Virus record (IMG/VR): IMGVR_UViG_2541047802_000007
DNA: 64,000 nt
Source of the DNA: a virus
Taxonomy: Duplodnaviria; Heunggongvirae; Uroviricota; Caudoviricetes
Direction: 5' to 3' (one strand)
The notes under the pieces were generated by a model. The model worked only from the letters and a program-made list of their open reading frames with translations, had not been told where the DNA came from and searched no databases. This document shows, piece after piece, positions 29,166 to 41,734 of this stretch. Made by a program: the position numbers and the translations under genes. The stretch's first letter is position 1, and each line of letters begins with the position of its first letter.

Positions 29166-29693
29166 TTATTCAGGCTTTTGTGGCCATTCAGGCTTTGCCG
29201 TATCTACACGGCTGACCAGAACGCTGTAGCGTTCCCATGATTCCAGCCGTGTGCGTTCCTTGTCTGTTGCCATATTCAGCCTTACAGCACGTTCCAGCGG
29301 TTGAATCACAGACTCCGCTTCAGAAAGCAAAGCGGCTTTTTGTAACTCAGCCTGCTGCTGCAGTTCCTGTTCTGTATATTCCCGTTTTACCACTTTACCA
29401 TTCAGAAACATCCAGTTTCCGTAATTATCTGCGCGACGATTTGCCGTAATATCGGATACTTCAACAACACTTAAACCTTCCGGGTTAATAGTTGAAACAT
29501 CTTTGCTTACGGTAACAATCACATTATTTTTATCGTATGCAATTTTTATAGTATCTGGTTGAAAGTTTTTTTGTTCTTCGTACCAGTTTTTACCATCTTC
29601 AGTATAAAGCCAGACAACTCCAGCTTTTTTGGTTAACTGGTATTGTTCTGGTGTTTTTGGGTTTCCTGCTTTAATGTTTTTTAAATGCATCAT
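29166..29693 (-). CDS. U: Tail fibre assembly protein U
   Basis: 175-aa product downstream of S. Confidence 0.8.
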   Translation of the reverse strand: MMHLKNIKAGNPKTPEQYQLTKKAGVVWLYTEDGKNWYEEQKNFQPDTIKIAYDKNNVIVTVSKDVSTINPEGLSVVEVSDITANRRADNYGNWMFLNGKVVKREYTEQELQQQAELQKAALLSEAESVIQPLERAVRLNMATDKERTRLESWERYSVLVSRVDTAKPEWPQKPE

Positions 29694-29694
29694 G

Positions 29695-31230
29695 TCAAAT
29701 ACTCACAACGTTATAATATGTCCCACCAATCAACTTCTGAATAGGTCTTCTGGTTAATGTATCAATAAACTCATCGGTGTTGCTGTTTCCGGCTGCGGTC
29801 AGAACATATCCAGAAGTATCCCAATAACCAGGGCCTCGCCATGCTGATATTGATTCTGCGCTACCAAGTCGAATGTCTCTTACATATGTGCTATTGAGAT
29901 AATCAGCTAAATTTGAACCCCAACACCCGCCAAATATATTTCCATCGGTGTTATAACGGATGCCACCCGCAACAAGAGCACCCGGTGAAATAAAAGATTT
30001 ATCGTTCGGGTTAAACTGCCATAAAGCATCATTACCGCCATCGCCACGCATATGAATACATGGAACCGGAAATCCATACTGTTCTGTCAGCAAATAACCA
30101 AAGCTGACCGCGCCGGGATAGCCCTGTCCATTGCGAATGGACAAGCCCTTAACTATCGGCACGTAATGACCACCAGGAGTGGGATTCCAGGCAAACTGCG
30201 TCTGAACAAAAGGCGCGGTGGCATTATTCAACTGGTCTGCAAATGCGCCACTTCCATCAGGAATTATTCCCTGATGAATATATGCAACCCGCTTATAAAA
30301 ATCAGCAGATGCGGGTTGAAGCCCGAATGCCAGTTGTCCATTTGAATAGAATAAAAGGACACCGTCGCCGCCCTGTTTAATACCAGTGTCGTTATCTCCG
30401 AGAGTAATGGAATTACCGCCCAGTGCGTTATCTGTACCAAGCGCCAGCCCACCATCAATTTTGGCCCCGTGGCTGACCGATATAGCTCCTGTTCTCAGAT
30501 TTATAGCGAATGGCCTTAATGGGCCGATATCACCGTTTTCGCCTTGTCCTTCAGCCGTAGGGATGAAATGAAGGTACTCTTCTGAACGACGGAAAATAAG
30601 ACCGAAGGCATCATTAAAAATTCGCAGCGCATTCATCGTGCCAATTTTCAGTTCTCCGGTCATTTTATCGCCGGAACGCTGAACGGCGTTACCAGCCTTG
30701 TTTACCGTTTCCTGTAAACCGAGGTTTTGGATAAACAGCGGCTTATTGGGAATATCTGCTCCGTTCCGGTCTTTTGCCAGACGGGCATTGGCATTATCCA
30801 TCGCAATTTTCACCGCTTTTGCAGTGGCTGCCAGCGTTTCACTGGGGCTGTCAGTGGCACTGGTTAGCTGAACGAGTCCTTTTTTGTTCAGGCTGGCATC
30901 ATAGATATCCAGATTTTCACGTGCTGTACGCTGTGCTGATGCCCCGGCAGTTTTAATTTCGCTGAGGTTATTTTTTATCAGCAGCGCGTTATTGCTCATA
31001 ATGGCTTTAATGGACAGTGCAAGCTGGTTTAATTTTGTTTTATCCGGTTGAATACCGGCTTCTTCCAGCGTGTTTAATAACTCCGCCTGCACAATATTAA
31101 ACCAGTCCATGCCGGGCCATGTGATAACATTATTCCCGTCACCTTCTGAAAACCAGCGAACGATAGCACTACGCTGGGCGGATACGGGCGGCATGACGGT
31201 TACGCCGCTGTCGTTATCAATATAAAACAT
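29695..31230 (-). CDS. S: Tail fibre protein S (constant part outside G fused to variable part inside G)
   Basis: 511-aa product spanning gix site at about 30705-30734. Confidence 0.8.
   Translation of the reverse strand: MFYIDNDSGVTVMPPVSAQRSAIVRWFSEGDGNNVITWPGMDWFNIVQAELLNTLEEAGIQPDKTKLNQLALSIKAIMSNNALLIKNNLSEIKTAGASAQRTARENLDIYDASLNKKGLVQLTSATDSPSETLAATAKAVKIAMDNANARLAKDRNGADIPNKPLFIQNLGLQETVNKAGNAVQRSGDKMTGELKIGTMNALRIFNDAFGLIFRRSEEYLHFIPTAEGQGENGDIGPLRPFAINLRTGAISVSHGAKIDGGLALGTDNALGGNSITLGDNDTGIKQGGDGVLLFYSNGQLAFGLQPASADFYKRVAYIHQGIIPDGSGAFADQLNNATAPFVQTQFAWNPTPGGHYVPIVKGLSIRNGQGYPGAVSFGYLLTEQYGFPVPCIHMRGDGGNDALWQFNPNDKSFISPGALVAGGIRYNTDGNIFGGCWGSNLADYLNSTYVRDIRLGSAESISAWRGPGYWDTSGYVLTAAGNSNTDEFIDTLTRRPIQKLIGGTYYNVVSI
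30705..30734. repeat. gix recombination site (left inverted repeat of G) inside S
   Basis: ccgtttcctgtaaaccgaggttttggataa. Confidence 0.7.
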
Positions 31231-31772
31231 TAGTTATCTCCGTCATGGTAAACAAATTTATAAATCTGATGTGCGGGTTTATATTTCTCCAGTAAACATT
31301 CCAGCGCACCCGATTCATAAACACGTAACGGCGTCAGAACATTATCCAGCACCGTTGCGTTGCGATAATTTTTAATACCGTAAATATTGACCTGCGTAAC
31401 CCACTGGCCTTCTGTGGAATCCGTCAGCCTAACGGTAAAACCGTACTGTGCAGCCAGCCATTCATAAAAGCGCCGACTCAGATTGCCGGTCATACGCATT
31501 TTATTCGCGGCAGCCCGCTGGCGTTCGGACAAGGTGCCGTTTTCGCTGGTACAGTCCGGCAACCCCAGAAATGATTCCCACTCCCCCAGATACCAGCGGG
31601 ATGTGGACGGGAAACGCTCCCGCAGCATTTGCCGCGCATCATCCGCCGCAGTGGCAATCACGTCGCTGATGGCCTGCGCCAGCGCAGATAATTTGCTGTC
31701 GGGGCTTTTATTCCAGGCAAGCCCTGACGGCAGTAATTGCAGAAAGGCCGTCTGATAGGGTGTTACAGCCAT
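31230..31772 (-). CDS. Baseplate protein (Mu gp48-like)
   Basis: Size and synteny. Confidence 0.7.
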   Translation of the reverse strand: MAVTPYQTAFLQLLPSGLAWNKSPDSKLSALAQAISDVIATAADDARQMLRERFPSTSRWYLGEWESFLGLPDCTSENGTLSERQRAAANKMRMTGNLSRRFYEWLAAQYGFTVRLTDSTEGQWVTQVNIYGIKNYRNATVLDNVLTPLRVYESGALECLLEKYKPAHQIYKFVYHDGDN

Positions 31773-32845
31773 TCAATTGTCCCCGGTGTTAACAGTTCCG
31801 TATTCTCCGAACGCTGGATCTCTGTCGGGAAACGCACTTCAAAATCATCCAGACCGGTAACACCTGCCACCGCACGGATAATACGGGAGGGGGCAAGTGC
31901 GCCGCCCGGCGTCACCTCATTAAAAAACATGGTATTAATGGCGTGGGTAATAGCCTGTTTCAGTTCGGCTGTCTTCGGTGATATATAAATCCGTGGATTT
32001 ACCGGCTTTGCCTTTGGCGCAAATACAGTGACATTTACACCGTCAGGCTGTCCGACAATCAGACCGGTGATCGGGTCAGTATGACCGGCGATATAATCCG
32101 CCACGCGTTCCACGTCTGCCGGTTGTGGAAAAATATTGCTCCGGTTATCCATAACAAACGTCACCCCGACTGTGCCACCGCCTTTCCATGTCGGAAAACA
32201 CCAGGCACGGGTAACGCCGCTGACTTCACGTGCCCAGCGAACGTAATCAAACTGATTACCGCCGAACGGAGGGTACTGGACACGATATTCCAGCCGTGAC
32301 AGCAGTTCCGCTGCACTCTCAATATCAGCTCCACCGGAAAACCCTTTTACAGTGATGGCATCGGAAACAACACAGGCAACCGGGGTGATCAACGTTAAAA
32401 GGGTATTCTCACCGGTATTTCCTGCTTCACCGGCAGCCAGTGCGGTAACGGTAATTTCCGTCGTTCCTGCACGGTCAATCACAATGGCATCAGCCAGGCT
32501 GTAAACCACACCATCAGCACGCTGCCAGCGTGTACCGGCAGGAATGGTGGTCGCTGCCGATGTGGTGACAGTCAGCGGGCCGCTGGCGGCTGTCGCCTGT
32601 TTGCGGCGCACGCCCCAGAACCGGCAGTGCTCCAGCAACTCATCTTCATCTGCTGTCGACGGGATAATCTGCCGTCCAACCCATGAAATATGCTCGTGAC
32701 AACCGGCAGCAAGCCCTGCCTGGGCGTAAGCAATGGCACTCAGCGTTTTTTCACGGGCCTGAGGCCAGCTACCCGGCAGGCGCTGTTCAATATTCTGTTC
32801 TGTACGGGCAATCAGCGATGATAATGTCGGTGGTGAATAAGCCAT
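31763..32845 (-). CDS. Baseplate protein (Mu gp47-like, J-like)
   Basis: Size and synteny. Confidence 0.75.
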   Translation of the reverse strand: MAYSPPTLSSLIARTEQNIEQRLPGSWPQAREKTLSAIAYAQAGLAAGCHEHISWVGRQIIPSTADEDELLEHCRFWGVRRKQATAASGPLTVTTSAATTIPAGTRWQRADGVVYSLADAIVIDRAGTTEITVTALAAGEAGNTGENTLLTLITPVACVVSDAITVKGFSGGADIESAAELLSRLEYRVQYPPFGGNQFDYVRWAREVSGVTRAWCFPTWKGGGTVGVTFVMDNRSNIFPQPADVERVADYIAGHTDPITGLIVGQPDGVNVTVFAPKAKPVNPRIYISPKTAELKQAITHAINTMFFNEVTPGGALAPSRIIRAVAGVTGLDDFEVRFPTEIQRSENTELLTPGTIEWL

Positions 32846-33283
32846 TTAAACCCCGTTAAATGCTGCTTTAAACTCATAAGGAATAACGGAACCATCCGGT
32901 AATGTCAGTGCAATGTAGAGGTATAACCAGCCCTGATGTAACTGTTCCGCTCTGACGTTAACCGCACTTACCCGGCCTGCTGTTTTCAGCCATTCCAGCG
33001 CCTCTTCGGCATACCCTCTGGCACGTTCCAGCGTATCCTGTGTGGCTTTTTCACGTGATAACAGCCACAACCGCGAACCAATGGGGCGGTCGCGGTAACT
33101 GTCACCCCACCATCCACGGCGATCATCTGAACCATCCGGCAGCGTGTCAGAATCCAGCGCGCGCCGGTCGGTAAACAGGGAGATTGTCACATCGGTTGTC
33201 AGGCTGTCGTCGGTCAGCATATCAATGCCATCCTGTGCAATATCGCCGCGTCCGTTCGTCCAGATAATGGCTAAATCGGTCAT
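32846..33283 (-). CDS. Baseplate protein (Mu gp46-like)
   Basis: Size and synteny. Confidence 0.7.
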   Translation of the reverse strand: MTDLAIIWTNGRGDIAQDGIDMLTDDSLTTDVTISLFTDRRALDSDTLPDGSDDRRGWWGDSYRDRPIGSRLWLLSREKATQDTLERARGYAEEALEWLKTAGRVSAVNVRAEQLHQGWLYLYIALTLPDGSVIPYEFKAAFNGV

Positions 33284-33873
33284 TGCATTGGCCCCGTGGT
33301 TCCGCCGCTGTCGCCACGGTGGATATGCTTATCCGTCGATTTGCCATTGATGATGGCATCCGGGGCAGTAATATTGCTGTCGAACTGGCTTTTACCTTTA
33401 ACGCCCAGACCTTTCTGGATCTCAACGTCGCCGGTAAACGTGGTTCTGGGTGTATCAACGGTCATACTTTCATCGGCGTAAATCTCAACCGTTTTACAGG
33501 TAATGATGCAGCGCCCGTCCTTTGTCAGCCTGATACGATGTCCCTCGTGGTGGTAAATGCCTGCATCACCCGGTTCAAGATTTGTCGGGCGGTAGCGGCG
33601 GTCTTCCACCACAACGGCAATCCCCTGATCACGTTGTGCACCCACACAGGCAATCAGCGCCTCTGCGCCCGGCAGAGGAACGCTGAAATGCCCGTAATTT
33701 TGCAGGCGCTCCACTTCATCAGATTCCTCATCATCCAGCAGACCGACCTGCAGGTTCTGAACCTTTCGCCCGTCGTTAATCACGTTAACAACGGCACGCG
33801 CAAGCATCAGACGCACACGACGCATCAGCGGTGCCAGCAGGCGGTTCATGGCGGAATCATTTACTCTTTCCAC
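33280..33873 (-). CDS. Baseplate spike protein (Mu gp45-like)
   Basis: Size and synteny. Confidence 0.7.
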   Translation of the reverse strand: MERVNDSAMNRLLAPLMRRVRLMLARAVVNVINDGRKVQNLQVGLLDDEESDEVERLQNYGHFSVPLPGAEALIACVGAQRDQGIAVVVEDRRYRPTNLEPGDAGIYHHEGHRIRLTKDGRCIITCKTVEIYADESMTVDTPRTTFTGDVEIQKGLGVKGKSQFDSNITAPDAIINGKSTDKHIHRGDSGGTTGPMQ

Positions 33874-35000
33874 GGCGGCGTTTTCTCCGGGTGTCTGCGA
33901 TAATAATCTTCAACCAGCGCATCAATACCGCCGTTACTGTCGCCGCCTTTCCTGTTTTTACGGTCGCTTTCAACCGGCACCAGAAAGCCTTCGCGTGGTG
34001 CAAGGCTGACGCGGGTTTTCAGCCCGTCCTGGTCATTCAGTATCAGGGTGACTTTGCTGACCAGTAATTCTGTGGTTTTGATGGCATATATCGAGGCATC
34101 AATAGTGACCAGCAGGTTCGGCATCCAGAGTTGCCCGTCCTTGCGTGTCCATCCGTCAATTTCTGCCTCAAAGGTGATGGATTTTGCCAGTCTGCGGCGT
34201 TGCTCACGCAGGGCGCGGGCCTGTGCATCCTTCGCCGTAATTTTGCTGTCGGCAATGATGATCATCGGTCTGTAACGGGTCACATCACTGTCAGTGGCGG
34301 TCCCTTTCCGGGAGACGATACTTTTCGCATCAATATCATCACCCTCAGCACCATTTGCGCGGGCATACCCCTTGACGGTGTATTCGCTGAACCGGTCGCG
34401 GAAGTCTTCCTCAAAATCCAGTGTCAGCAGATTTTCTCCGAGAACCAGCTCATCAGTAGCTGTGCTGGCAGCCCGGCTGAATACCAGCTCTCCGGCGGCA
34501 TTGCTGGTCATCAGTACACCGCGTGCGCGGGAGGCACGCACCAGCGCCTCATAAACGGTTTCTGAATGGTCCAGCGTGAAGCCGGGAAAAGCTGCCGAAC
34601 TTTCCTTATCGGAAAGCTCCCAGCGAACGGTAACGCCATAAGGAGCGCACAGGTCACGCGCAATCTGTTCCAGTGTGCGGTTTTTCCACTGCCCGCCACT
34701 GTAAACGGCTGCACAGTCAATCAGGTCAGCCGTTTTGTCGCGCCCGGCAATAATGATTTTCATGCTGTCAGCGATCATCTGGCGTCGCCGCGAATCGATG
34801 TAACCGGTGCAGACAATCTGCCCGTCGATTTCCAGCGTGAACGCTTTCCCCGGTGCCAGCCCGGATAAATCTGTACCCGGTGGCACATTCACCCCCAGCT
34901 CAAAATATCCGGCTACGGATTCAATGGAGCGGGTGACAGAGACTGACGTCCAGCCGGTAAACAGCCTGCCATCCGCTCGCAGTGTGACGGTATTACTCAT
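33861..35000 (-). CDS. Baseplate hub protein (Mu P / gp44-like)
   Basis: 379-aa product, synteny. Confidence 0.8.
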   Translation of the reverse strand: MSNTVTLRADGRLFTGWTSVSVTRSIESVAGYFELGVNVPPGTDLSGLAPGKAFTLEIDGQIVCTGYIDSRRRQMIADSMKIIIAGRDKTADLIDCAAVYSGGQWKNRTLEQIARDLCAPYGVTVRWELSDKESSAAFPGFTLDHSETVYEALVRASRARGVLMTSNAAGELVFSRAASTATDELVLGENLLTLDFEEDFRDRFSEYTVKGYARANGAEGDDIDAKSIVSRKGTATDSDVTRYRPMIIIADSKITAKDAQARALREQRRRLAKSITFEAEIDGWTRKDGQLWMPNLLVTIDASIYAIKTTELLVSKVTLILNDQDGLKTRVSLAPREGFLVPVESDRKNRKGGDSNGGIDALVEDYYRRHPEKTPPWKE

Positions 35001-36480
35001 TAATCACCTCAATACTGACACCACCGGGAACAAACAACGGGTTGCTGATACCGTTCCTGCGGGCCAGCCGTTGCCAGTTCCGGCTGTTTCCTGTGTAACG
35101 GTACAGGGCCACCATTGCAGGCATCGTCTCCGGCAGGCGGTGCGTTTCACTGCCCGCCAGTTGCAGCCCGCGTTTTTCCAGGTCGGCAACAACCAGCAGA
35201 CGCAGTTGCGTAAGCTGAACGCTGTCTGTCGAAAAGCCCTGCTCAGATGCCGTCAGAATGACGGTATCCAGTGCAGCCCCCAGCATGGCGGCTGTTTTTC
35301 CGATATCGGACACACTTTCAAATACCGGGGGCGTGGCTGTACCACTGTCTGAAAAGGATACCTGTGAAAAGCCGCCGTCCGGGGTTATGGCAGTTAACTG
35401 TAACTGTCCCTGTGTGACAGTAGCAGATGTGCTGCTGGCCCCGCTGGCTGTGCCGGTTGTGGTGGACGGGGCATCCAGTACAGGTGCACGGGCGGCATTA
35501 TCCATCCGGCGACTGAAATCCAGTGCCGCAGTCAGTGCCTGACTGGCAGCTTCTGCCCGGTATGTCTGCGCCGCTGCCAGCATGACGTAGTTCAGTGTGG
35601 CAATATTTTTTTCTGCAACCGGACTGTTGTACGAGGTTGTGATTGTCCCCTGTCTGCCTGCGGTGGCGGCATGGCGACGTTCGAATCGCTGCGCCAGACG
35701 GTTCCATGTGGAAAATGCTGTCCGGGTATCGCATAACGATGAAACGCCGGACAGCGCCCCCATCAGCGAGGAGGCCAGCATGGCAGGCTGGTTAATCAGG
35801 CTGGTCACAGAGCCTTTCATCGCAGAAAGCGATCCCATCAGACCGCTGACAGTCTGCGTAACCCCCAGATTGTCCACCGCATCACTGATATCATCAATGA
35901 CACCGGTTACAGCTTCCATCACGGCGGTTGCCGCCGCAGTGCCATCTTTTACGGTTTGCCAGACAGAGGACAGCGTATCTCCCAGAGAACCGGTTACAGC
36001 AACGGCCTGTGCCGGTACGGCTGCACTGGTGTCTGTCTCTGCGTCCGGGGCAGTATCCTGCAACGACGGATAAACGGTAACGGTGAACGCGTAATAATTC
36101 AGTTCATCCGCTTTAGTGCGGCATTCCCATGAATCCACCATGACGTCCACAGTGCCGAAATCAGGATGTACCAGCTCACCGCTACCCGGAGCATCAAGAG
36201 CATCCATCAGCGCACCCGCTTCATCTCTGGCTGTTTCTGCGTTGCTGTTCAGAATGCAGGCGCTGAATGTACGGGAGCGAAGCTTTTTCCCCAGGTCATT
36301 GACGCCGCCGGTATCACGTAACGGGTACTCGCGTTTAACCAGGCGACGTCCGCCAGCCTGTTTTTGCTCCTCGATGACGAGAAACGGCACGTTACGGAAC
36401 GTGCCTTTGCCGGTTGTTTTCTTACCACCGCTGATTTTATCCCGGACAGCATTAACGGCATTTAAAGCATCTTCAAACAT
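34993..36480 (-). CDS. DNA circularisation protein N (Mu gp43-like)
   Basis: 495-aa product, synteny. Confidence 0.75.
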   Translation of the reverse strand: MFEDALNAVNAVRDKISGGKKTTGKGTFRNVPFLVIEEQKQAGGRRLVKREYPLRDTGGVNDLGKKLRSRTFSACILNSNAETARDEAGALMDALDAPGSGELVHPDFGTVDVMVDSWECRTKADELNYYAFTVTVYPSLQDTAPDAETDTSAAVPAQAVAVTGSLGDTLSSVWQTVKDGTAAATAVMEAVTGVIDDISDAVDNLGVTQTVSGLMGSLSAMKGSVTSLINQPAMLASSLMGALSGVSSLCDTRTAFSTWNRLAQRFERRHAATAGRQGTITTSYNSPVAEKNIATLNYVMLAAAQTYRAEAASQALTAALDFSRRMDNAARAPVLDAPSTTTGTASGASSTSATVTQGQLQLTAITPDGGFSQVSFSDSGTATPPVFESVSDIGKTAAMLGAALDTVILTASEQGFSTDSVQLTQLRLLVVADLEKRGLQLAGSETHRLPETMPAMVALYRYTGNSRNWQRLARRNGISNPLFVPGGVSIEVINE

Positions 36481-36484
36481 GGTT

Positions 36485-38557
36485 TTACCAGCCTGTAATG
36501 TAGTTATCGCCCGCGTAAATATTCAGCCCCATACCATCCTCGGTGACACGGGAACTGGCCAGACGTAACCCCTCGCCAAGTTCGACGCGCAGCGAGGCTT
36601 CCGCATTCACTTTTTGTTCCTGCGGTTCCTTATCCGGGGCCGTCCATTTCTGATACAGGTCGGTTACAAAACCGCCCAGATACTCCCCGGCGACACTGCC
36701 CAACGTGGCACCGGCAACCGTACCCAGCGGTCCGGCAAGGCTGCCAACGGCACCGCCGAGCCATGCACCGGCTGTACTGCCAATTGCGCCTGCTTTTTCA
36801 TGGGTTGACGCCTGCTCATCCATCAGGACGGGGGCAAGCTGGAGTGCCCCCATTACCGGGCCACCCAGACGTGACAACGCACGACCGGCACCTTTCCCCA
36901 TCCAGCCCAGCGCCCCGGCACCTTTTGTCACAACCCGACCGATCGCACTGCCTGCAAGTTTGTTTCCGATACCGGAAAACCACCCGCCAACAGCACGCCC
37001 GGCATCAGCCAGCTTTCCGACCGTTCCCGTAACCAGTTGCCCGGCAGCACTGCCTGCAAGCCTGCTCAGAAGACCGGATTTACCGGGTAAAGGTAATGGT
37101 GCAGGCCGTGCTGTTACCGGTACGCCGGGTGGGGGTAATGTCAGTACAGGGCGTGGTGCAGGTAATGCCAGCGGCTGTGGCCCGGACAGCAATAACGGCT
37201 GGCGGGGTAACAGCGGGGCCATTCTTCCGCCGCTCCGTCCGCGACGACCGCCGCCACTCCCGTAGCCACCAAATCCACGGGGCCAGTTGATGACAAACAC
37301 ACGCTGAATGCCGATACCCTGCAACAGCGTCTCAGACGTCATGGCATCCGGGACCGGCAGACCTGCCTGCCCACGTTTGCGGTTTCGCATCCAGCGCCAC
37401 ATACGACGCCCGGTTTTAAACGGATAACTGGCAACCTGCCATGAGGGTTTTGCCACGGCCCAGCCTGCTCTCAGGGCTTTATTGGCAAGCCAGACAGACA
37501 CCAGAACAGCAGCCAGTTTTTTCAGGCTGACAATATTCTGGTCAACCCATGCCAGCGCATCTTTACCCGGTTTCAGCCAGCGCCATAATTCCTGCGCCGC
37601 GATTTTTACCGTTCTGAACGTGGTCAGAAATTTCTGACCAATGTTTTCTGCCAGTGCATCAAGTTCCCCGGATTTATCCGCCATGTCGTGCCAGTTAAGC
37701 ACCCGGCGCATCTCGTTCTTGATTTCTTCAAAGGGGCCGCTGTTTGCCACCTTTATGCGAAATTCAAGCAGGTTGGCTTCCATCTGGGCGAACATCCCGT
37801 CCCAGGAGTTCATCGCACTGGCCTGTGCACCTTTTGACTGTTCTGACAGCGTTCTGAATACCGTCAGAATGGATTTCAGGCCCAGCTTGCCTTTTTCACC
37901 TTGTTTGCGGATATCCTTAACGTCTTTACCCAGTGCATCCGCCAGCGTCTGGTAAACGTTAATACCGTAACCGGTCAGCAGGTTGGCATCCGCAGCTGTG
38001 ATTTGCTGGCGGGCAAACATCTGTTTCAGTTGCAGTGAGGCACCCTGTGCAGTGGGTAAATCCCAGCCGTGCATGGCCCCCTGATCCTGCAACATGGTGA
38101 TGAACTGTTTCGTCTGTTCATCCGTCATGCCGAAGCCTTTCGACGAACGGATCTCATCCAGAACACCACTCAGCCCCCACGTGGTGTCCTTCGCGTTCTG
38201 CTTTGCCCAGGCCATCATGGCCTGCGCTCTGACCTTATCGCCGTGATACAGCGAGTTCATGGCGATAATCTGTTGCTCACGCTGGGCGGCTGCACCAATA
38301 AACAGTTTATTGGCGGTGTAACCCACGCCAGCAATACCCAGCGCCCCGGCTGACAGCATTCGGAATGTACGGGTTGACAGAGAACCCATTCTGTCAATGG
38401 CACCAGAAACGCGCACAACCTCCATACGCAGGGCACGAAGGGAACTTTGCCCGCTACGGGACAGGGCGTTTATCTGGTTCGAATACTGGCGGGAACGCCG
38501 GGAAAGATTGCCATTAAGATCAATAATGACAGACGCCTTTAAGCGTTTCCCGGTCAT
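36485..38557 (-). CDS. Tail tape measure protein (Mu gp42-like)
   Basis: 690-aa product with Gly/Ala-rich C-terminus. Confidence 0.8.
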   Translation of the reverse strand: MTGKRLKASVIIDLNGNLSRRSRQYSNQINALSRSGQSSLRALRMEVVRVSGAIDRMGSLSTRTFRMLSAGALGIAGVGYTANKLFIGAAAQREQQIIAMNSLYHGDKVRAQAMMAWAKQNAKDTTWGLSGVLDEIRSSKGFGMTDEQTKQFITMLQDQGAMHGWDLPTAQGASLQLKQMFARQQITAADANLLTGYGINVYQTLADALGKDVKDIRKQGEKGKLGLKSILTVFRTLSEQSKGAQASAMNSWDGMFAQMEANLLEFRIKVANSGPFEEIKNEMRRVLNWHDMADKSGELDALAENIGQKFLTTFRTVKIAAQELWRWLKPGKDALAWVDQNIVSLKKLAAVLVSVWLANKALRAGWAVAKPSWQVASYPFKTGRRMWRWMRNRKRGQAGLPVPDAMTSETLLQGIGIQRVFVINWPRGFGGYGSGGGRRGRSGGRMAPLLPRQPLLLSGPQPLALPAPRPVLTLPPPGVPVTARPAPLPLPGKSGLLSRLAGSAAGQLVTGTVGKLADAGRAVGGWFSGIGNKLAGSAIGRVVTKGAGALGWMGKGAGRALSRLGGPVMGALQLAPVLMDEQASTHEKAGAIGSTAGAWLGGAVGSLAGPLGTVAGATLGSVAGEYLGGFVTDLYQKWTAPDKEPQEQKVNAEASLRVELGEGLRLASSRVTEDGMGLNIYAGDNYITGW

Positions 38558-38701
38558 AGAGATTTCCTGATTTAACGGTGATATTGAGAGAGGGTTTTAG
38601 CCTGCTGGCAGTGCCGGAAAAAGCGGGACAGCGGAAGGGATAAGGCCCATTCCGGGCCACTTTTCAGAATAACGCCAATCGCTGTCGCCGCTTTCTCAAT
38701 A

Positions 38702-39136
38702 TCATTCCGGCACCGCAGCCACTCGCCCCCGTTCTTGTGTCAGCGATGCCGCCACAGCCATGTCGTACATTTCTGTGGCCAGCGACAGACGCTGGAAGTC
38801 ATCGACAGACAGCTTACGAATCAGCGCCATCGACAACGGGCCTTTGATGCAGCCCACGCTGGCAATCTGTCGGCGCAGCATTTCCAGTCCCATCCGGGAC
38901 GGGGAACTGACCAGCACCGGACCTTCCTTGCTCATTACAAGCTTTTCAGCAGCCGCCTGTGCATCAATCATATCGCCTGCGGTCAGTTCACGCAGTGTCA
39001 CGTCATACTGCATTTCAGTCTCGTCACCGGTGCCGAACGGCAGGCCGTCTTTCAGTTTCAGCACTCCGGACTGAATTTCTGCCACAATGCTGTCATGCAG
39101 TTCCTGTGCTTCAGGACCTAAATTCATTTCGTCCAT
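38702..39136 (-). CDS. Tail assembly chaperone (Mu gp41-like)
   Basis: Position between tube and tape measure genes. Confidence 0.6.
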   Translation of the reverse strand: MDEMNLGPEAQELHDSIVAEIQSGVLKLKDGLPFGTGDETEMQYDVTLRELTAGDMIDAQAAAEKLVMSKEGPVLVSSPSRMGLEMLRRQIASVGCIKGPLSMALIRKLSVDDFQRLSLATEMYDMAVAASLTQERGRVAAVPE

Positions 39137-39145
39137 TGTTTCCCC

Positions 39146-39502
39146 TTATGCAATGCGTTTGCTTTGTTTTGCCATCAGTACCAGCGAAATTTCGCCGCCG
39201 TCGTTTTTCGGTTCATCTGCCTGCCAGGCATTCGCCATCATCCAGGTTTCACCGGTGTCTGCCTGAAACTCTGCCGTGATGTTTTCCCAGCCGATGATTT
39301 CATCCAGACCGATATCACCACCGCCCGGAATTTTGCATTCCAGCTTTGCGGCACGTGGTTTACCTTTCCAGCCATAAACCCGCGAGCCGGTCACTTCTTC
39401 ACGGGTGATGCCGGAAGGTGTGAAGGAGGCACCTTCCATCGTTTCAAGCTCCATGCCATTGACACGGATGAACGCCACCCCCTGACGCTGATTTCCAGCC
39501 AT
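39146..39502 (-). CDS. Tail tube protein (Mu M-like)
   Basis: 118-aa product directly downstream of sheath gene. Confidence 0.8.
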   Translation of the reverse strand: MAGNQRQGVAFIRVNGMELETMEGASFTPSGITREEVTGSRVYGWKGKPRAAKLECKIPGGGDIGLDEIIGWENITAEFQADTGETWMMANAWQADEPKNDGGEISLVLMAKQSKRIA

Positions 39503-39511
39503 AAATGCTCC

Positions 39512-40999
39512 TTACAGAATGAACTGAACTTGTGCCGCGAAAATGCGGAACTGGTTAATCAGATTCGGGCCGCACAGCACATCAAGACGGTCTTTGTCGT
39601 CCTTGTTACGTGCCACATACAGCTCCTCTTTGAACGTGTCGAAATCCTCGACCAGTCCGGCGTTTTCCCATTCTTCAAACAGTGCCAGCAGCTCCGTTTT
39701 GATCACGGATGGCGTCACCACGGCCTGACCGGTGGCAAAGCGGGTGCCATCACTTGCCAGCTTGTAGTTCGGGAATTTCTGCGTGATGCGGGTTCGCAGC
39801 GAATAACGCAGATAACTCAGCGTGGCGATGGTATTCACGTTCAGATAAGACGGATCGCTGTCACCGTACTTGTTTGTGCGGTACATCGTGATCATGCGTT
39901 CAATCTGCATTTCACCACCATCATTCACGTTAAACGTGGAGATGCCGTCAAACAGCAGCGCATTACGTTCTGACCAGGTGAAACGATCCCCCACCGCAGG
40001 CGGCATTCTTCCGGGCAACGTCAGCGTCTGGAGTGGACGCGCCGGGTCGATGGAAAGCGCCTGGCTGGCAACGGCACACAGTGTGGCGGCGTACAGATAT
40101 GACGGTTCCGGTGCACCGGCAATCCCCATACAGGAAATCAGATGGTCATTACGGCTGACACCAAACGTGGAAATGTCCCCATACGTGCCGGACAGCACTG
40201 TCACAGCAAAGCCATCAGCCTGATTGACCGGTCCCCAGCGTTCCTGCAATTCAGTGCGTAACAGATTCAGGTTCGGTTCATCGGTATAGGGCATCACAAT
40301 ATATTTGTATTGCAGATCGCCCATTCCCGCGATACTTGCGCTGATATCCGGGTTGCCATTTTTCCCGGAGGCGGCTTTGAATGCCGTGATAATCCCGTAA
40401 GGGGTCGTTTCACCCGCGTAATAGTTCCAGCGCACGTCCACGGCAGATAATGCACCCGTAAATTTTGCACTCAGAACCACATCTGCATGGGTGTCATCAT
40501 CCCCGCTGTCTGCGCGAACTTCTGCCGTCACCGGTAAATCAGGCTGGCCTTTGATTCGGGCAACCAGCAGGTCAGCCAGCGCCGCTCCCGTTGCACCTGC
40601 TGCGACAGATACCGCCAGTCGCTGACCGGCAATGTAAGTCACAAGCGAGCCGTTTTCGCCTGCCGTTCCTGACAGTGAAATTTCACCGACAGCCGCATTA
40701 CCGGTGCCGTTCCCCTGCGGAATACACCACAGCTCCGCCACGCGGTTAGCGTTCAGGAATGCATCTGCCATCAGTGCCAGCATGGAACCCTGACCAAACG
40801 CCGCACTGGCCTGTGAGCCGGAACGGATACGGACAGGCACGTTTGGTGCCGCACTGGCTTTACTTCCGCTTTGCCCGAACATCAGCACGCGCTGACGGGG
40901 TGCCGGTGTTCCGCTGACGGCATTACTGTTATCAAATTCGATATACGTCAGAGGAACGCGAACATCTGACGGGATCGCGTTAAATGAAATATCGCTCAT
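39512..40999 (-). CDS. Tail sheath protein (Mu L-like)
   Basis: 495-aa product. Confidence 0.9.
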
Positions 41000-41202
41000 T
41001 TCGATTTACTCCGTTTTTTCGGCGCAGCGTCGGTATCATCCGCCGTGTTTTCGGTGCTCCCGACTTCAACCACATCACCGGCAGCAAGGCGACGTATCCA
41101 GAAACTGTTACGGGGCTTTTCTTCTCCCTCCGGAGCCAGTAATTTCATCGTGAGCGGGTCACGGATGGCTTTTCCCGCTGCGGGTTTAATTTTCAGCATC
41201 AT
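40996..41202 (-). CDS. Small protein (Mu gp38-like)
   Basis: ORF and synteny. Confidence 0.5.
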
Positions 41203-41734
41203 GATCCTTTTCCTGATTCACATTGATATGTGCGGCAAATTCCGGGGTTTCGTCCGGGAATTTCCAGGTCTGCCAGTGACGCTCGTAATCATCCAGCGAA
41301 TCCATGTCCACCACGGACGGCAGCGGGGTAGTGCCACTGAACAGAACGCCGTAAAGCACCACACCGGCATTGATACGGTTGTCGTCACAAAGATTTCTGA
41401 CCTGCGTCAGTCTCATCCCGGTGGTCGGGCCAAACGTCTGACCGTTAACACCGGCAATCAGTCGCTCCACAATCTGATAAATACCGGGCCGGTTTACCGG
41501 TTCCCCGTTCAGCAACTCCGCCACGACAAAAAATGCCCAGCGACTTTCAACTTCCCGACGCGTACGCCCCTCACCACAGCCCATCCATGCCAGAAATACC
41601 GATGGCGGGGCCAGAAAGAGACGGTGCACATCCTCGTTAGTCCATGTGCCGGTAAGGGGTTCCACCTGCCGCAGGGTTGCCCCAAACAACTCACGAACGC
41701 GCGCCAGCAGTGCGGCTTCGGTTTCTTCCAGCAT
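41186..41734 (-). CDS. Tail terminator/completion protein (Mu gp37-like)
   Basis: ORF and synteny. Confidence 0.6.
   Translation of the reverse strand: MLEETEAALLARVRELFGATLRQVEPLTGTWTNEDVHRLFLAPPSVFLAWMGCGEGRTRREVESRWAFFVVAELLNGEPVNRPGIYQIVERLIAGVNGQTFGPTTGMRLTQVRNLCDDNRINAGVVLYGVLFSGTTPLPSVVDMDSLDDYERHWQTWKFPDETPEFAAHINVNQEKDHDAEN

Larger units (their letters stand above)
27704..30734. mobile_element. Invertible G segment (host-range switch) bounded by inverted gix sites
   Basis: About 30-50 bp inverted repeats at both ends; contains S variable part, U, U', S' variable part. Confidence 0.75.

Noticed and set aside
28604-29693. U and U' as a duplicated toxin/antitoxin-like or defence gene pair
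   Set aside because: They are the known paralogous tail fibre assembly genes of the invertible G segment, bounded by gix repeats next to gin.
36705-37265. Pro/Ala-rich ORFs on the plus strand inside the Mu-like tape measure gene
   Set aside because: Antisense to a supported gene; low-complexity translation.
38069-39121. Plus-strand ORFs (38069..38353, 38735..39121) in the Mu-like tail chaperone region
   Set aside because: Antisense to supported minus-strand genes with no independent signals; a possible frameshift extension of the tail chaperone on the minus strand was not resolvable by eye.
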